NCBI GenBank assembly: GCA_035221665.1
Contig: CM069147.1
Coordinates: 20,522,001-20,586,000 of the forward strand
Direction: 5' to 3'
DNA from: Okamejei kenojei
Taxonomy: Eukaryota
Length of the DNA: 64,000 nt
The notes under the pieces are model-generated. The model did not search any database. It had not been told where the DNA came from and saw nothing but the letters and a program-made list of their open reading frames with translations. Of this stretch, positions 1-13,212 are shown in pieces (position 1 is the stretch's first letter; each line of letters starts with the position of its first letter). The translations under genes and the position numbers were made by a program.

Positions 1-1720
1 CTTTCAGGTCAGGCGATGCCCGTGCCTATAGTTCATCGAGGGCAAATCTGAAGAGGGGCATCAAGAACGCCAAACACAGATACAAGCTGCGGACCGAGGA
101 GCACTTCGACAGCAACTCCGACCCCCAACGCATGTGGCATGGCATCCAGGCCATCACTGACTACAGAGTCACCAACTCCACCCCCACTTCCAGCGACGCA
201 TCCTTCCTCGAGGAACTCGATCACTTTTATGGCCGCTTTGAAAGGGACAACCAAGAGTTGGCCAACAAGGCTGTGCTCCCCAATGAGCACCAGCCCCTCA
301 CACTCAACCCCTACGACGTGCACGTGGCACTGAGTAGGATCAATGTACGTAAGGCTGCCGGCCCTGACGGCATCCCCGGTCGCGTCCTCAGGACCTGTGC
401 TGCACAGCTGATAGACGTCTGGACTGACATCTTCAACCTGTCACTTGCCCAGGCTGTTGTCCCCACGTGCCTTAAATCTACCTCCATCGTGCCAGTGCCA
501 AAACACTCCACTGCGGCGAGCCTCAAAGACTTCCGCCCAGTTGCACTCACCCCTATCATCGCCAAGTGCTTTGAAAGGCTGGGCATGGCACACCTCAAAT
601 GCTGCCTACCTCCCACTCTGGACCCCTACCAGTTTGCATACTGCAAGAACAGGAGCACGGAGGATGCCATCTCAACGGCTCTCCACTCCACCCTCGCCCA
701 CCTCGACAACAGAAACACTTATGTGAGAATGCTGTTCATCGACTACAGCTCAGCATTCAACACCATTATCCCCTCGAAATTGATCACCAAACTTGATGAC
801 CTGGGCATCAACCCCTCCCTCTGCAATTGGTTACTGGACTTTCTAACCAACAGACCACAGTCTGTTAGATTGGATAACCACTCCTCTTCTACGCTCACCC
901 TGAACACTGGCGTACCCCAGGGCTGCGTGCTGAGCCCCCTCCTCTACCCCCTCTTCACCTACGACTGCATACCTGTACATGGTACCAACACCATCATCAA
1001 GTATGTTGATGACACGACGGTGATTGGCCTCTTCAGCGACAATGATGAGTCGGCCTACAGTGCTCAACATCTCCGATGACTTCTCCTGGACCCACAACAC
1101 ATCCTCGCTGATCAAGAAGGCTCACCAGCGTCTCTTCTTCCTGAGGAGACTTAAGAAGGTCCACCTGTCTCCTCAGATTCTGGTGAACTTCTACCGCTGC
1201 ACCATCGAGAGCATCCTTACCAACTGCATCACAGTATGGTATGGTAACTGCTCCGTTGCCGACCGGAAAGCTCTGCAGAGGGTGGTGAAGATCGCCCGAC
1301 GCATCACAGGCTCCTCACTCCCCTCCATTGAGTCTGTCCATAGCAAACGATGCCTGTGCAGGGCGCACAGCATCGTCAGGGACAGCTCACACCCCAACCA
1401 TAGACTGTTTACCCTCCTCCCATCCGGGAGACGCTACAGGTCCCTCCGCTGCCGGACCAGCAGGCTCAAGAACAGCTTCTTCCCTGCGGCTGTCACACTT
1501 CTCAACGCTGCACCTCAATGACTGCCTGTCTCCACCCCTCACCACCCCCCCCCCCCCCCCCCCCCCCCCGGACTATCCAATCACCAGCAAATTGCATGGA
1601 TACCACTGCATATGTATATGTATTACTTGTTTATTCGTAAGTTCGCCCTTCGGAGATACCAACTGCATTTTGTTGTCTGTGTATTGTACACTGCACAATG
1701 ACAATTAAAGATTGAATTGA
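1..1720 (+). mobile_element. Rex1/Babar-clade LINE, 3' part (RT and C-terminus), internally deleted
   Basis: ORF 132-1079 has RT motifs ([47 protein letters not shown]). ORF 1024-1521 has the C-terminus (KAHQRLFFLRRL, LLPSGRRYRS). The 3' tail ends in (attga)n. It lacks the segment seen in the sister copy at about 12390-12570. Confidence 0.9.
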
Positions 1721-1729
1721 ATTGAATTC

Positions 1730-2550
1730 AAAGTAACATTAGCAAATTTGCGGATGACACAAAGCTGGGTGGCAGTGTGAACTGTGAGGAGGATGTTATG
1801 AGAATGCAGGGTGACTTGGACAGGTTGGGGGAGTGGGCAGATGCATGGCAGATGAAGTTTAATGTGGATAAATGTGAGGTTATCCACTTCGGTATCAAAA
1901 ACAGGAAGGCAGATTATTATCTAAATGACGTCAAGAGGAGTCGAATATAGGAGCAAAGAGGTCTTTCTGCAGTTGTACATAGTCCTGGTGAGACCATACG
2001 TGGAGTGTTGTGTGCAGTTTTAGTCCCCTAATTTGAGGAAGGACATTCTTGCTATTGAGGGAGTGCAGCATAGGTTTACAAGGTTAGTTCCCAGGATGGC
2101 GGGACTGTCGTATGCTGAGAAAATGGAGCGCCTCGGCTTGTACACTCTGGAGTTTAGAAGGATGAGAGGGGATCTTAATGAAGCATATATGATTGTTAAC
2201 GGTTTGGACACACTAGAGGCAGGAAACATGTTCCTGATGTTGAGGGTGTCCAGAACCAGGGGGCCACAGTTTAAGAATAAGGGGTAAACCGTTTAGAACG
2301 GAGATGAGAAAACACTTTTTCTCACAGGGAGTTGTGAGTGTGGAATTCTCTGCCTCAGAGGGCGGTTGAAGCAGGTTCACTGGATGCTTTCAAGAGAGAG
2401 CTAGATAGGGCTCTTAAAGATAGCGGAGTCAGGGGATATGGGGAGAAGGCAGGAATGGGGTACTGATTGGGGATGATCAGCCATGATCACAGAGAATGGC
2501 GGTGCTGGCTCGAAGGGCCGAATGGCCTACTACTGCAACTATTGTCTATG
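1730..2550 (+). mobile_element. CR1 LINE 3' fragment
   Basis: Starts at SKFADDTKLGG. ORF 2033-2287 (IEGVQHRFTRLVP...LEFRRMRGDL). CR1-type 3' UTR followed by a short tandem tail. Confidence 0.9.
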
Positions 2551-3899
2551 GTCTATTGTCTATTGTCTCTTCTCTATTTCTATCTCTATACATCTCTAAC
2601 TTCTTCTCTATCTCTATCTTCTCTTTTCTATCTCTATCTCACTCTCTTCTTCTTCTCTATCTCTAAAAATAGCTGAAACTGATCTTGAGCTCTTCTGGGC
2701 TGCGTGGCTTTTCTAATTGCGCAAAAAAGGAGCAGGATAGCGCTACGATTTTCGCCACCTTACTCACCATTCTCCTGTGCTGAAATGCAACAAGTTTTGT
2801 ACTGATCGATGGTATATTCTAAAAGTTATCAAGGTTTAAAAATCTTTAAAACCGCGCATGCATAGATTGGTCTCCTATCCTGTCAGGAGATTGGTCTCCT
2901 CTCCTGTCAGTCACCTGGGGTGGCGACGCCCAGGCCGGTATGGTGACGTCCCTTCCGGCGCACTATCGCTGCACTGATCGGCCGTCTCCTCTGTCACAAT
3001 AAAGCTGAAGGTGCGGAGCGAGCAGAGTTTGTGCATCACAAAGAGTGCGGAGCAGCCGGTGTGCGGAGCGGCCGAAGGGCAGAGTGGCTGGAGTGTGGAA
3101 CAGCCAGACTTCAGAGCGGCCCAGAGCCTGGCCAACTGCGAGGCCCACTGAGAGGCCCACTGCAGCAACCTCGAGATCCTGGGGAGAGTGGAGGATTGAG
3201 GGAGACGGGCACTGGTGGGGCTGGCCACTAGTGGAGCAGGGTGCAGGTGGGGCTGGGTACTGGGGGGCCATTCCTCCCTCCCCCCACAACCCCTCCCCCA
3301 CCCACACACCCCCATCCCCCTTCTTTTGCACACCCCCCAGTGGTAGGCCACGGCAGCGGCAGGCCACGGCAGTGGCAGTCCACGGCAGCGGCAGCAGTAG
3401 GCTATGGCAGAGGTAAGCCATGGCAGCGGTAGGCCGCGGCAATGCTCCCCCCGCACCGGCCCCCCCCGCCGCCCCCACCTGAAGCTGCCCCACTCCATGG
3501 GCTACAGAACACTCCTGCCGACCCCCGCCTGAAGCCATCCCCACCTGCAGGACACTTCGCCCCCCCCAGTCCACCAGCCCCCATCTGAAGCCGTCTTCTG
3601 CTGCAGGATGCTCCGCACCGGCCCCTGCCTGAATCCGGTGGGCCATTCCAGTGTTGAAAGTTGCAGAAGACGAGATTTTAAAGAATGAAGACGATGAAAT
3701 TTAAATGCCAGAAGACATGGTTCTATCAGCAAAAACCCTGGAGGATTGCATTGATTTCATCTATCCTGCATTTGACATGCTGCAGAATTATTCTCCGACA
3801 ATTGTATCTTGGTTCCGCTCACCGATACGATGAGAAGCATCAATTCTACATGTATCAGATGCTTCCCCGAAATCATTAAGAAGTATTTTTCTTTCAATG

Positions 3900-4370
3900 C
3901 TGTCACTGAGGGAACTATTGCTACTCACTTCCCAACAGAGTTCCTCGATTCACTCGAGATCTGTGGATTATCACCACAATTGTAGTTGAAAAAAGGATCT
4001 ACGATCATGTTAATGAGAAATGTGGAACTCTCAAAGCTATGCAATTAAATGAGGATGATTGTGGAAGAGCTACACTATAATCCGATTGTTGCAAGAATGG
4101 GAGCCTTCTAAGATGGCATTATTTTCATTCCTCGGATAATTCTCAATTTGACAGAAGGTAAAAACATTCCCCTTCAGCGGAGCCAATTCAGTCAAGCTTT
4201 GTTATGACGATCCATAAAGAGCAAGGACAAACCATGGAGAAAGTGTTGATATACCTTGAGAAACTGATATTTCAGCATGGATATGTGGCTCTTAGCCGAG
4301 GAAAGGTGAAGGAAAATGTCAAAGTATTCCTGAAGGATGGAACATCAACCAAGAATGTTCATTAAACGCG
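3900..4370 (+). pseudogene. Helitron RepHel helicase C-terminal fragment (stops and frameshifts)
   Basis: Helicase motif V/VI-like AFVMTIHKEQGQTMEKV and YVALSRGK. In-frame stops at about 3983 and 4047. Confidence 0.85.
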
Positions 4371-4529
4371 TGCTTGGTTGAACGATGACTTCTGAGTTAA
4401 TTCTCAGATTTTCTTCATGTTAAAGTTTGACCACTCAATAATGTCTCTATATTAAAATTGTGTATCTTTTTTCATCAACAGCAAAGCGACATTGAGACGC
4501 AGTGAGCAGCAAAATGCAACAAGACACGC

Positions 4530-5100
4530 AGCACGGAGAGTCGGTTTGTCAAGGAGGACTCTCTCTAACTTCTACAGGTGCACAGTAGAAAGCTTGCTGA
4601 CCAGTTGCATCGTGGCTTGGTTCAGCAACCTGAGTTCCCTGGAGAGGAAAAGACTACAAAAAATAGTAAGCACTACCAAGTCCATCATCGGTTCTGACCT
4701 TCCTTCCGTCGAGGGGATTTACCGCAGTTGCTGCCTCAAAAAGGCTGGCAGTATCATCAAAGACCCACACCATCCTGGCCACACACTCATCTCCCTGTTA
4801 CCTTCATGTAGAAGGTACAGGAGCCTGAAGACTGCAATGACCAGTTTCAGGAATAGCTACTTCCCCACAGCCATCAGGCTATTAAACCTGGTTCCCACAA
4901 AACTCTGAACATTAATAACCTATTATCTGTTATTTGCACTTTATCAGTTTATTTATTCATGTGTGTATATATTTATAGAATGGTATATGAACACACTGAT
5001 CTGTTTTTGTAGTCAATGCCTACTATGTTATGTTGTGCTGAAGCAAAGCAAGAATGCCATTGTCCTATCAGGGACACATGACAATAAGCTCACTTGAACT
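4530..5100 (+). mobile_element. Rex1/Babar-like LINE 3' fragment inserted in the Helitron remnant
   Basis: ORF 4492-4908 (NFYRCTVESLLT...LLPSCRRYRSL...FPTAIRLLN) is homologous to ORF 1024-1521. Confidence 0.85.
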
Positions 5101-6273
5101 TGAGCAAGAAAAAACTGAACTCAATAAATCTAATCTTTAACTTTTAAATTGTTATTATATTTTTAGAGTTATTCACATTTTAAGCATTAATAAATCCCTT
5201 TTCCACTTGCCATGCCCATCAGCTGCGCCTGCACAGTAATAACGGCGTGTTCTACGTCAATGGGAACCTTATGGGCGGGAATGGCTGCACCGTTGGAGAG
5301 CTGCTAAGAGTGGTTGGGGGATTGAGGGGCGATGGAGTGAGTGCGCGGAGGGCAGGTGAAGGGCAAGGGGCAGAGTGGGGGGGGGGGGGTGAGGGGGGTG
5401 AGAGGAGGTGGGGGATCAGGGGCATCACACCGGGAACCCGTCAGCCACGCCTGCGCAGTTGGGGGCTATGGGTGAGTGGTGGAATATTGCGTTGGGGGAC
5501 CAGGCCTCCCGTGCGACAAAGGGACTCAATGCACTCCATGGCTGGCAACATTTTTTACAAATGTTAAGCCAACTTCAATACCAAAACCTGTTCTTCCAGA
5601 ACAACAATTACACTTGATGAGCTGCCCCTGAAACTCCAAACTTTGTGGCGATTGGATAAAGACACGTGACTCCAATTTAAATCTAATCTTCCTAATCCAT
5701 ACATGCACTCCCACGTTTTTCCAAACATAATTACACTGACATCAAATTAAGTTTTATATTAATGGGGAATTGATGCACCCTCGGTTTATTCTCCTACGTT
5801 CCAGTGCAGTTGTGAAATTATGCATTTATTTCGGTGCAGCGAATTTATTTGTCCGGTTGGAGCCAATGTGTATTTCATAACAAGCATTTCATAACACATC
5901 GAGTCATTGATGGCTTTGAAAGGACAAATATTTTAGGTAAGTGAAAATATATTCAGTATTAAAATTTGCATAATTATCATTTTCTTACAAGGCATCATTT
6001 AGCGGCAACATATCACAAGCGGTCTTTGCGAAGTTTTGATCAAAACACATCAACAAGATTGTGCTTTCTTAAAAGTTGTAAAGAGCGAGGACTTCCGGTA
6101 GCGTCAATGGTGGCTTGAGAGCCACTGCTGTTTTGCTCTGCTCCCAAAGAATGCTTAATGTGCTAAAATATGAGTTGGAAGATGGGGATGTTCTAAAAAT
6201 AACTACCGGAGCTGTTATTTAATTGTGTGTTATCAGAAATCCTGCTGATAACGGAGAATAACGGCAGTTTTAA

Positions 6274-7306
6274 ATGAAAAAAATGAAACCTCGCCAGAAG
6301 CCTGCAAAAGCTGTTCCAAGACCTGCTACAAGAGCCTACTTGAAAAAACCTGGAAAGACTCCTCAATCCCCTCAAATATCAGCTGGAAGCTCAGGAAAGG
6401 AAGCTGACTCTCGAAATCCTTCTACAGAAATGACTTCAATGGAGGAACAAAGGGAACAAATGGAACAACTGGAAAAGTCAGTATCAGCTTCAGTCACTGA
6501 AATTATTTCTAAAGTGATACGAGAGGGGAATGTCGCGCTGGACAAAAGCCTCTCTGAAAAAATTAAACAAGGTAATGATACGCTGATGGGGAAAATTGAT
6601 GACTTAACCAAATGTGTGGTCGAGATTGAGGAGGATTTAAACAAAATAAATAAGCGGGTTGATAAGGACTGTAATAAAAAGCTGGATGCAATGCTTAAGT
6701 CTACTGATGTGGCGATGGAATGAATGGATAATACGATAACCGAGATGAATAAGGAGATAAAGAGACTAAAAAAGGAACAAGAAAGCACTGGGAGGGAACT
6801 TGCTAAAATGAAGAATAAATGTATGGACTTGGAAGCGAGATCGAGGAGGAAAAACCTGAGAATAGTTGGAGTAAAAGAATGAAAGGAGAGTCGACAAAAC
6901 CTTCAGGAGTTTGCTGCCAACTTACTCAAACAAGTACTTAAGCTGCCTGAAGCCCCGGGTCCGACGTAAGGCTCAAGCAAGCCCAACTGCCCCCCCAATA
7001 AAGATTATTGTGAAATTCTATGACATTTCAACCCTGGAAGGAATTATGAAACAGACTCCATATGGAGTGAATTTGATGTTTGGAGAAGATAAACTAAGAT
7101 TCTTCCGTGATTTTCCAGCTGAAGTCATGGAAAAGAGGAACAAGTTTACAAAGACGAGAAGGCTACTGAAAGAGTTTTCGGGAGTACTATATGGGATAGT
7201 ATCTCCCGCAAAATTGAGAATTACTTACAACTCTGTTGAACGTCCATTCACGGATCCAAAAAAGGCATTTAAATATGCACAAAGTATCACAGAGGAGGTC
7301 TACTGA
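6274..7306 (+). pseudogene. L1 ORF1p remnant (coiled coil and RRM/CTD)
   Basis: Coiled-coil-like ORF 6274-6723, then LEARSRRKNLRIVGV at about 6830-6875, then ORF 6911-7306 (LRFFRDFPAEV...PAKLRITY). Interrupted by stops and a frameshift. Confidence 0.85.
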
Positions 7307-9678
7307 TCATCAGGAGTCGGTCTCCCACAATAACATAGAGGAGAAGTGGCGAAGAAAGTTATGTTTTGTATGGTTTTTTTTAACATACAAAAAAGACTGC
7401 TCTGGTTAAGATGGCGAATTTTCCTCGAGGCGTTGTCTACATTATTTTATCTTTGGAATGTTAACTCAAGGTCGGATTTTATGTTTTACTTCAACAAAGG
7501 ATTGAAAAGAAGAAAAACTGTGGTATGAAAATAACAAAAAAAAAAACAAACGGAATTTTAGAATATGGAAAAATATTATCAATGGACTTGTATATAGAAA
7601 TTTATGATTTAAGAAACACACAATTACATATTAACATAAAATATAACTAATAAAATTGTGTAATATTAAGGCACAGCGTAATAATGGCTGATGTTTATTC
7701 CATTATATTAATTACTTGCTAAATATAAGAATAACGAGTTAAATATGATTGATAAGTATAAATAATATACTAACACATTTTATGGATATAGTAGATCTAG
7801 TCTAAATTGTGCGTAAAAGGGGGTAGGAGACTCAGATACTTGGAAGTTATCCAAGGGTCTGAATCGGGTTAACCCCTTGGAACCTGCTGTTGTCTGATAC
7901 AAAAGTTTGAGACTTAATTGTAATAGTTCTTGGCATATCGGTAGATATGGATATATAACTAACATAATTACTGTTATATCTAAGTATATACTTAATGTTG
8001 GAAACGCTTTTTTATTCTGTTTTTCCTCTCTGAAGATACACTCCAATAGATAGATTAGAAATGTATTATGTATATATATTTTTAACTTTGTATCGCTCTC
8101 TCTTCCAATTAATAATAATTGGTCAAGGGGGCAGAGCGAAACATATAAAAAAACCTGCGGAAGTCAATAAGAATTTTTCTACCACCTGTTGGTGGTTTGT
8201 TTTTAATTATAATATCTTTATTTTTGGATATTATAATACCACTTTTTGTTTGTTAATTATTTTTTCATGACTTTACACTTTCTGGTCTTTTTCAAGGTCT
8301 ATTCTGAAGGGGGGATGCCAACAAAACTTAACAGCTGGGGATGACCATCGCTCACCTAGAGTTATGAGGTTCTTGGCTGCACCATATGAAGTAAAGGTAT
8401 TAACATGATCCATAATGCAAGACGATAAACAAAAGAAAACTGGAGGAATCACGTTCTGTAGCTGGAATATAAGGGGCGCTAATGAACCAATTAAAAGGGG
8501 TATGATCTTTGCCCAATTAAAAGCTCTCAACAGTGATATCATGTTTTTTACAAGAAACCCATCTGAAACACCAAACACAGATAAGACTGAAGGGTAATTG
8601 GATTGGGCAAAAATACTACTCTTCATTTACTTCTAAATCTAGAGGCATGGCTATTATCATTCGTAAAGGTATACCATTTAAATTAAAGAATACCATAGCA
8701 GATAATCATAGTCATGGGAGAAATTCATTCTACTCCACTGACTTTGATAAATATTTATGCTCCTAATTTTGACAACCCCCAATTCTTTAGTAAAATTCTG
8801 GATACAATTTCAGAACTTAACTATCCAAATGTGATAATAGGGGGAGATTTGAATTGTGTTTTCGATCCATAGCTGGATAAATCAGCAAAACAAAAAAGGA
8901 TTAACATAAAATCTAAAACTAGTGAACTCCTAAATACATACATGAAAAATACCAACATAACAGATATATTGAGGATCGCTAACCCAGTAGGTAGGGAATA
9001 TTCATTTTATTCAACGGTACACAAAACATATTCACATATTGATTATTTCTTAGTGGACACGAAATTTAATCCATGCACATATAATTCTAAATATCATAAT
9101 AGTATTATTTCTGATCATTCCCTGTTAATTTTTCTGTAAAATTAGAAGCAATGCCTGATAAAAAATCGTTCTGGAGGTTTAACCCCCAAATCATAAACAA
9201 CTCTCAAGGTTGCACATATTTAAAAGAGCAGATTATATTCTTCTTTGAGACAAATGATACACCAGACACTTCACCTTCCTTATTATGGGAAACTTTTAAG
9301 GCATTTATTAGAGGAACTATAATTTCATATCAAGCTTTCCAAAATAAAAAGAATAACACTTTACAATTGCAGTTAGAACAAGAAATTAGACAATTAGATT
9401 TAGAAAATACCAAAGAACCAACTATAGATAAATATAATAAGATAACAATACTAAAATATAAATTAAATTCAATTTTATCGACCAGAATAATAAGATTATT
9501 TCAAATTACAAAACAAGAAAATTTCAAATTTGGTGATAAACCACATAAACTCTTAGCACGCCAACTGAAAAAGCGGGAAACAGAAAATACATTTACTAAA
9601 ATTAAATCAGACAAAGGGGAATTACTAACACTACCTAAAGATATTAATAAAAGATTTGCTCAATTTTATCAACATCCA

Positions 9679-11295
9679 CAATGGCTTGCAAAAGTATTCA
9701 TACCCCTTAAACTTTTCCACATTTTGTTGCGCTACAACCACAAACGTAAATGTACTTTGTTGGGATTTTAAGTGATAGACCAACACAAAGTGGTGCATAA
9801 TTGTGAAGTGGAAGGAAAATGATACATGGTTTCCAAATTTTATTACAAATAAAAAACTGAAAAGCGTGGCGTGCAAAAGTATTCAGCCCCCCAGAGTCAA
9901 TACTTTGTAGAACCACCTTTTGCTGCAATTACAGCTGCAAGTCTTTTGGGGTATGTCTCTACCAGCTTTGCACATCTAGAGACTGACATTTTTGCCCATT
10001 CTTCTTTGCAAAATAGCTCAAGCTCAGTCAGATTGGATGGAGAGCATCTGTGAACAGCAATTTTCAAGTCTTGCCAGAGGTTCTCAATTGGATTTAGGTC
10101 TGGACTTTGACTGGGCCATTCTAACACATGAATATGCTTTGATCTAAACCATTCCATTGTAGCTCTGGCTGTATGTTTAGGGTTGTTGTCGTGCTGGAAG
10201 GTGAACATCCGCCCCAGTCTCAAGTCTTTTGCAGACTCTAACAGGTTTTCTTCCAAGATTGCCCTGTATTTGGCTCCATCCATCTTCCCATCAACTGTGA
10301 CCAGCTTCCCTGTCCCTGCTGAGGAAAAGCATCCCCACAGCATGATGCTGCCACCACCATGATTCACAGTGGGGATGGTGTGGTCAGGATGATGTGCAGT
10401 GTTAGTTTTCTGCCACACATAGCGTTTTGCATTTAAGCCAAAAACTTCAATTTTGGTCTCATCAGACCAGAGCACCTTCCTCCACATGTTTGCTGTGTCC
10501 CCCACTTGGCTTGTGGCAAACTGCAAATGGGACTTCTTATGGCTTTGTTTCAACAATGGCTTTCTTCTTGCCACTCTTCCATAAAGGCCTGATTTGTGGA
10601 GTGCACAACTAATAGATGTCCTGTGGACAGATTCTCCCACCTGAGCTGTGGATCTCTGCAGCACCTTCAGAGTTACCATGGGCCTCTTGGCTGCTTCTCT
10701 GATCAATGCTCTCCTTGCCCGGCCTGTCAGTTTAAGTGGACGGCCATGTCTTGGTAGGTTTGCAGTTGTGCCATACTCTTTCCATTTTCGGATGAAGGAT
10801 TGAACAGTGCTCCATGAGATGTTCAAAGCTTGGGATATTTTTTGTTAACCTAACCTTGCTTTAAACTTCTCCACAACTTTATCCCTGATCTATCTGGTGT
10901 GTTCCTTGGGCTTCATGATGCTGTTTGTTCACTGATGTTCTCTAACAAACCTCTGAGGACTTCACAGAACATCTGTATTTATACTGAGATTAGTTTACAC
11001 ACAAGTGGACTCTATTTACTAATCAGGTGACTTCTGAAGGCAATTGGTTGTACTGGATTTTATTTAGGGGTATCAGAGTAAAGGGGGCTGAATACCTTTG
11101 CACGCCACACCTTTCAGTTTTTTATTTGTAAAAAAAATTGAAAACCATGTATCATTTTCCTTCCACTTCACAATTATGCGCCACTTTGTGTTGGTCTATC
11201 ACATAAAATCCCAATAAAATACATTTACGTTTGTGGTTGTAACGTGACAAAATGTGGAAAAGTTCAAAAGGTATGAAAACTTTTGCAAGCCACTG
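9679..11295 (-). mobile_element. Tc1-family DNA transposon, full length (1617 bp), nested in L1 ORF2
   Basis: About 210-bp TIRs (caatggcttgcaaaagtattc... and ...ttttgcaagccactg). TA follows the right end; the left TA has mutated to CA. The L1 frame FYQH-L-YTSK is restored when the element is removed. Confidence 0.97.
9897..10916 (-). pseudogene. Tc1 transposase, DD34E, two premature stops near the N-terminus
   Basis: ATG at 10916 (MKPKEHTR*...) is in frame with ORF 9897-10826. Motifs GRP, WSDETK, QHDNNPKH and SPDLNPIENLW, with 34 residues between the second D and E. Confidence 0.95.
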
Positions 11296-11521
11296 TATAT
11301 ACATCGAAAACCTCTGCAAATAATACTCAAATTACAAATTTCTTAGACAATTGTAACCTTCCAAAATTAAATATGGTGGAACAGGAGGGATTAGGAGCTC
11401 AGATTACACTTCAGGAAATAGAAGAAACAATAAATTTGTTGAAGAATGGCAAAACGCCAGGACCAGATGGCTTTAGTAATGAATTCTGTAAAAGATTCTA
11501 CGAGATCATTTCACCATTCCT

Positions 11522-13212
11522 GCAATGACCCCTCTCTACCAGATGAACTGAACGAGTTCTACGCACGGTTTTAGGTTAAAAACAGCACCCAGACACATGC
11601 ACTACTGCCATCTCCCAGTGACCAGTTGCTCAGGCTGTCCGCAGCCGGAGTTAAAAAGGCCTTTGCCAGCATCAACCCACGCAAAGCCACAGGGCCGGAC
11701 AACATTCCTGGATGCGTTCTAAAAGACTGCGCCGAGCAACGGAAAGATGTCTTCACGGGCATTTTTAACACCTCGCTCAGCCAGGCAGTAGTGCCCATCT
11801 GTCTTAAGAGTGCCACCATTGTTCCTGTCCCGAAGAAACCAAACCCAGCCAGCCATAATGACTTTCGACCAGTGGCTCTAACACCCATAGTAATGAAGTG
11901 TTTTGAGCAACTGGTTATGCAGCATATCAAAAATAGCCTACCTGCTGACCTAGACCACTACAGTTCACCTACAGAGCCAACCGATCCACAGAGGACACAG
12001 TCTCAACAACACTGAACCTCGTACTGCCAAACCTTGATCGGAAAAATACTTATGCCAGGATCCTCTTCATAGACTTCAGCTCTGCTTTTAACACAATCAT
12101 TCCGCAGCAGCTGGTGGAGAAGTTGGAGTTATTGGGGGTTGATGCTGGGACATGTAACTGGGTCCTGAACTTTCTATCGCAACGGCAGCAGACAGTCAGG
12201 GTGGGCAGTAGGACATCAAAAACCATAGCCGTGAGCACTGGCTTGCCCCAAGGCTGTGTCCTAAGCCCCCTGCTGTTTAGTCTGCTTACACCCGACTGTA
12301 CGGCTAGACTCAACAACAACTTCATCAACAAGTTCGCTGATGACACAACAGTGGTGGGTCTCATCAGTAACAATGATGAGTCGGCGTACAGGATGGAGGT
12401 GGAGCTGCTCACAGGATGGTGCAAATCCCACAACCTCATTCTCAACGTGGGAAAAATGAAGGAGATGGTGGTTGACTTCAGGAGGGCGGGAAAACAACGC
12501 CAAACACCTCTGCACATCGATGGAGCTGCTGTGGAAAGGGTCAACAGTGTGAAGTTCCTAGGACTCCACCTGTCAGATGACCTGATGTCCACGACCAACA
12601 CCACAGCACTGGTCAAGAGAGCCCAGCAGCGACTACACCCTCGGTCTACGGAAAGCAGGTCTCCCCACTGCACACCTACAAACTTTTTATAGGGGGACAA
12701 TCGAGAGCACAGTAACGTACGGCATCACTTCCTGGTTCGGGAGCTGCAAGGCGTACGAATGACACCAACTGGACAGGATTCTGAAGACCGCCAGCAGGAT
12801 TATTGGTGCTCCACTCCCTTTCCTGCTGGACATATACAGGAAGAGATGTATCAGCAGAGCCATCTCCATCATCAAAGACCCCAACCACCCATCCTGCCAT
12901 CTGGGAAGAGGTACAGGAGCATCAGCTGCAAAACCCTCAGGATGCTCCTCAGCTTCTTCTCGCAGGCTATAAGACTGATAAACGGACTTTGCCCCCTGTC
13001 AAATTATTGCGCACCAACCACCAACCTGGACACACTGAAGCAGAGCCATTGTTGTGCCACTGCCGATTGGAACTCATGATATATGTATTTTTATTTTTAT
13101 TTCTATTTATTTTTTACCGCACACTGAATGGACACTGGTTGAGCAACGTTTTTTCGTTTCCTCTGGGTATGTAAGTACTCAGGAAAAATGATAATAAAGA
13201 TATACAATACAA
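11522..13212 (+). mobile_element. 5'-truncated Rex1/Babar-clade LINE nested in L1 ORF2
   Basis: ORFs 11626-12015 and 12114-12692 ([25 protein letters not shown]). The L1 frame (EIISPFL...YIHAFKENKL) resumes after it. Confidence 0.9.

Larger units (their letters stand above)
2650..5530 (+). mobile_element. Degenerate Helitron remnant (ends approximate)
   Basis: Hand translation of about 3900-4310 gives broken PIF1/Helitron helicase motifs: FPTEFLDSLEICGL, LKKGSTIMLMRN, LCN, IFIPRI, AFVMTIHKEQGQT, IFQHG-YVALSR. Termini are not clearly identifiable. Confidence 0.6.

Noticed and set aside
1544-1569. Long poly-C run (and poly-G near 29480)
   Set aside because: Homopolymers inside retroelements; length is unreliable and no function can be inferred.
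2911-3646. Long overlapping ORFs (195-227 aa)
   Set aside because: GC-rich low-complexity sequence that is open in several frames, with no domain motifs.
5526-5714. RVFIQSPQSL resembling the start of an Ig V domain
   Set aside because: No correctly spaced Cys, Trp or YYC follows.
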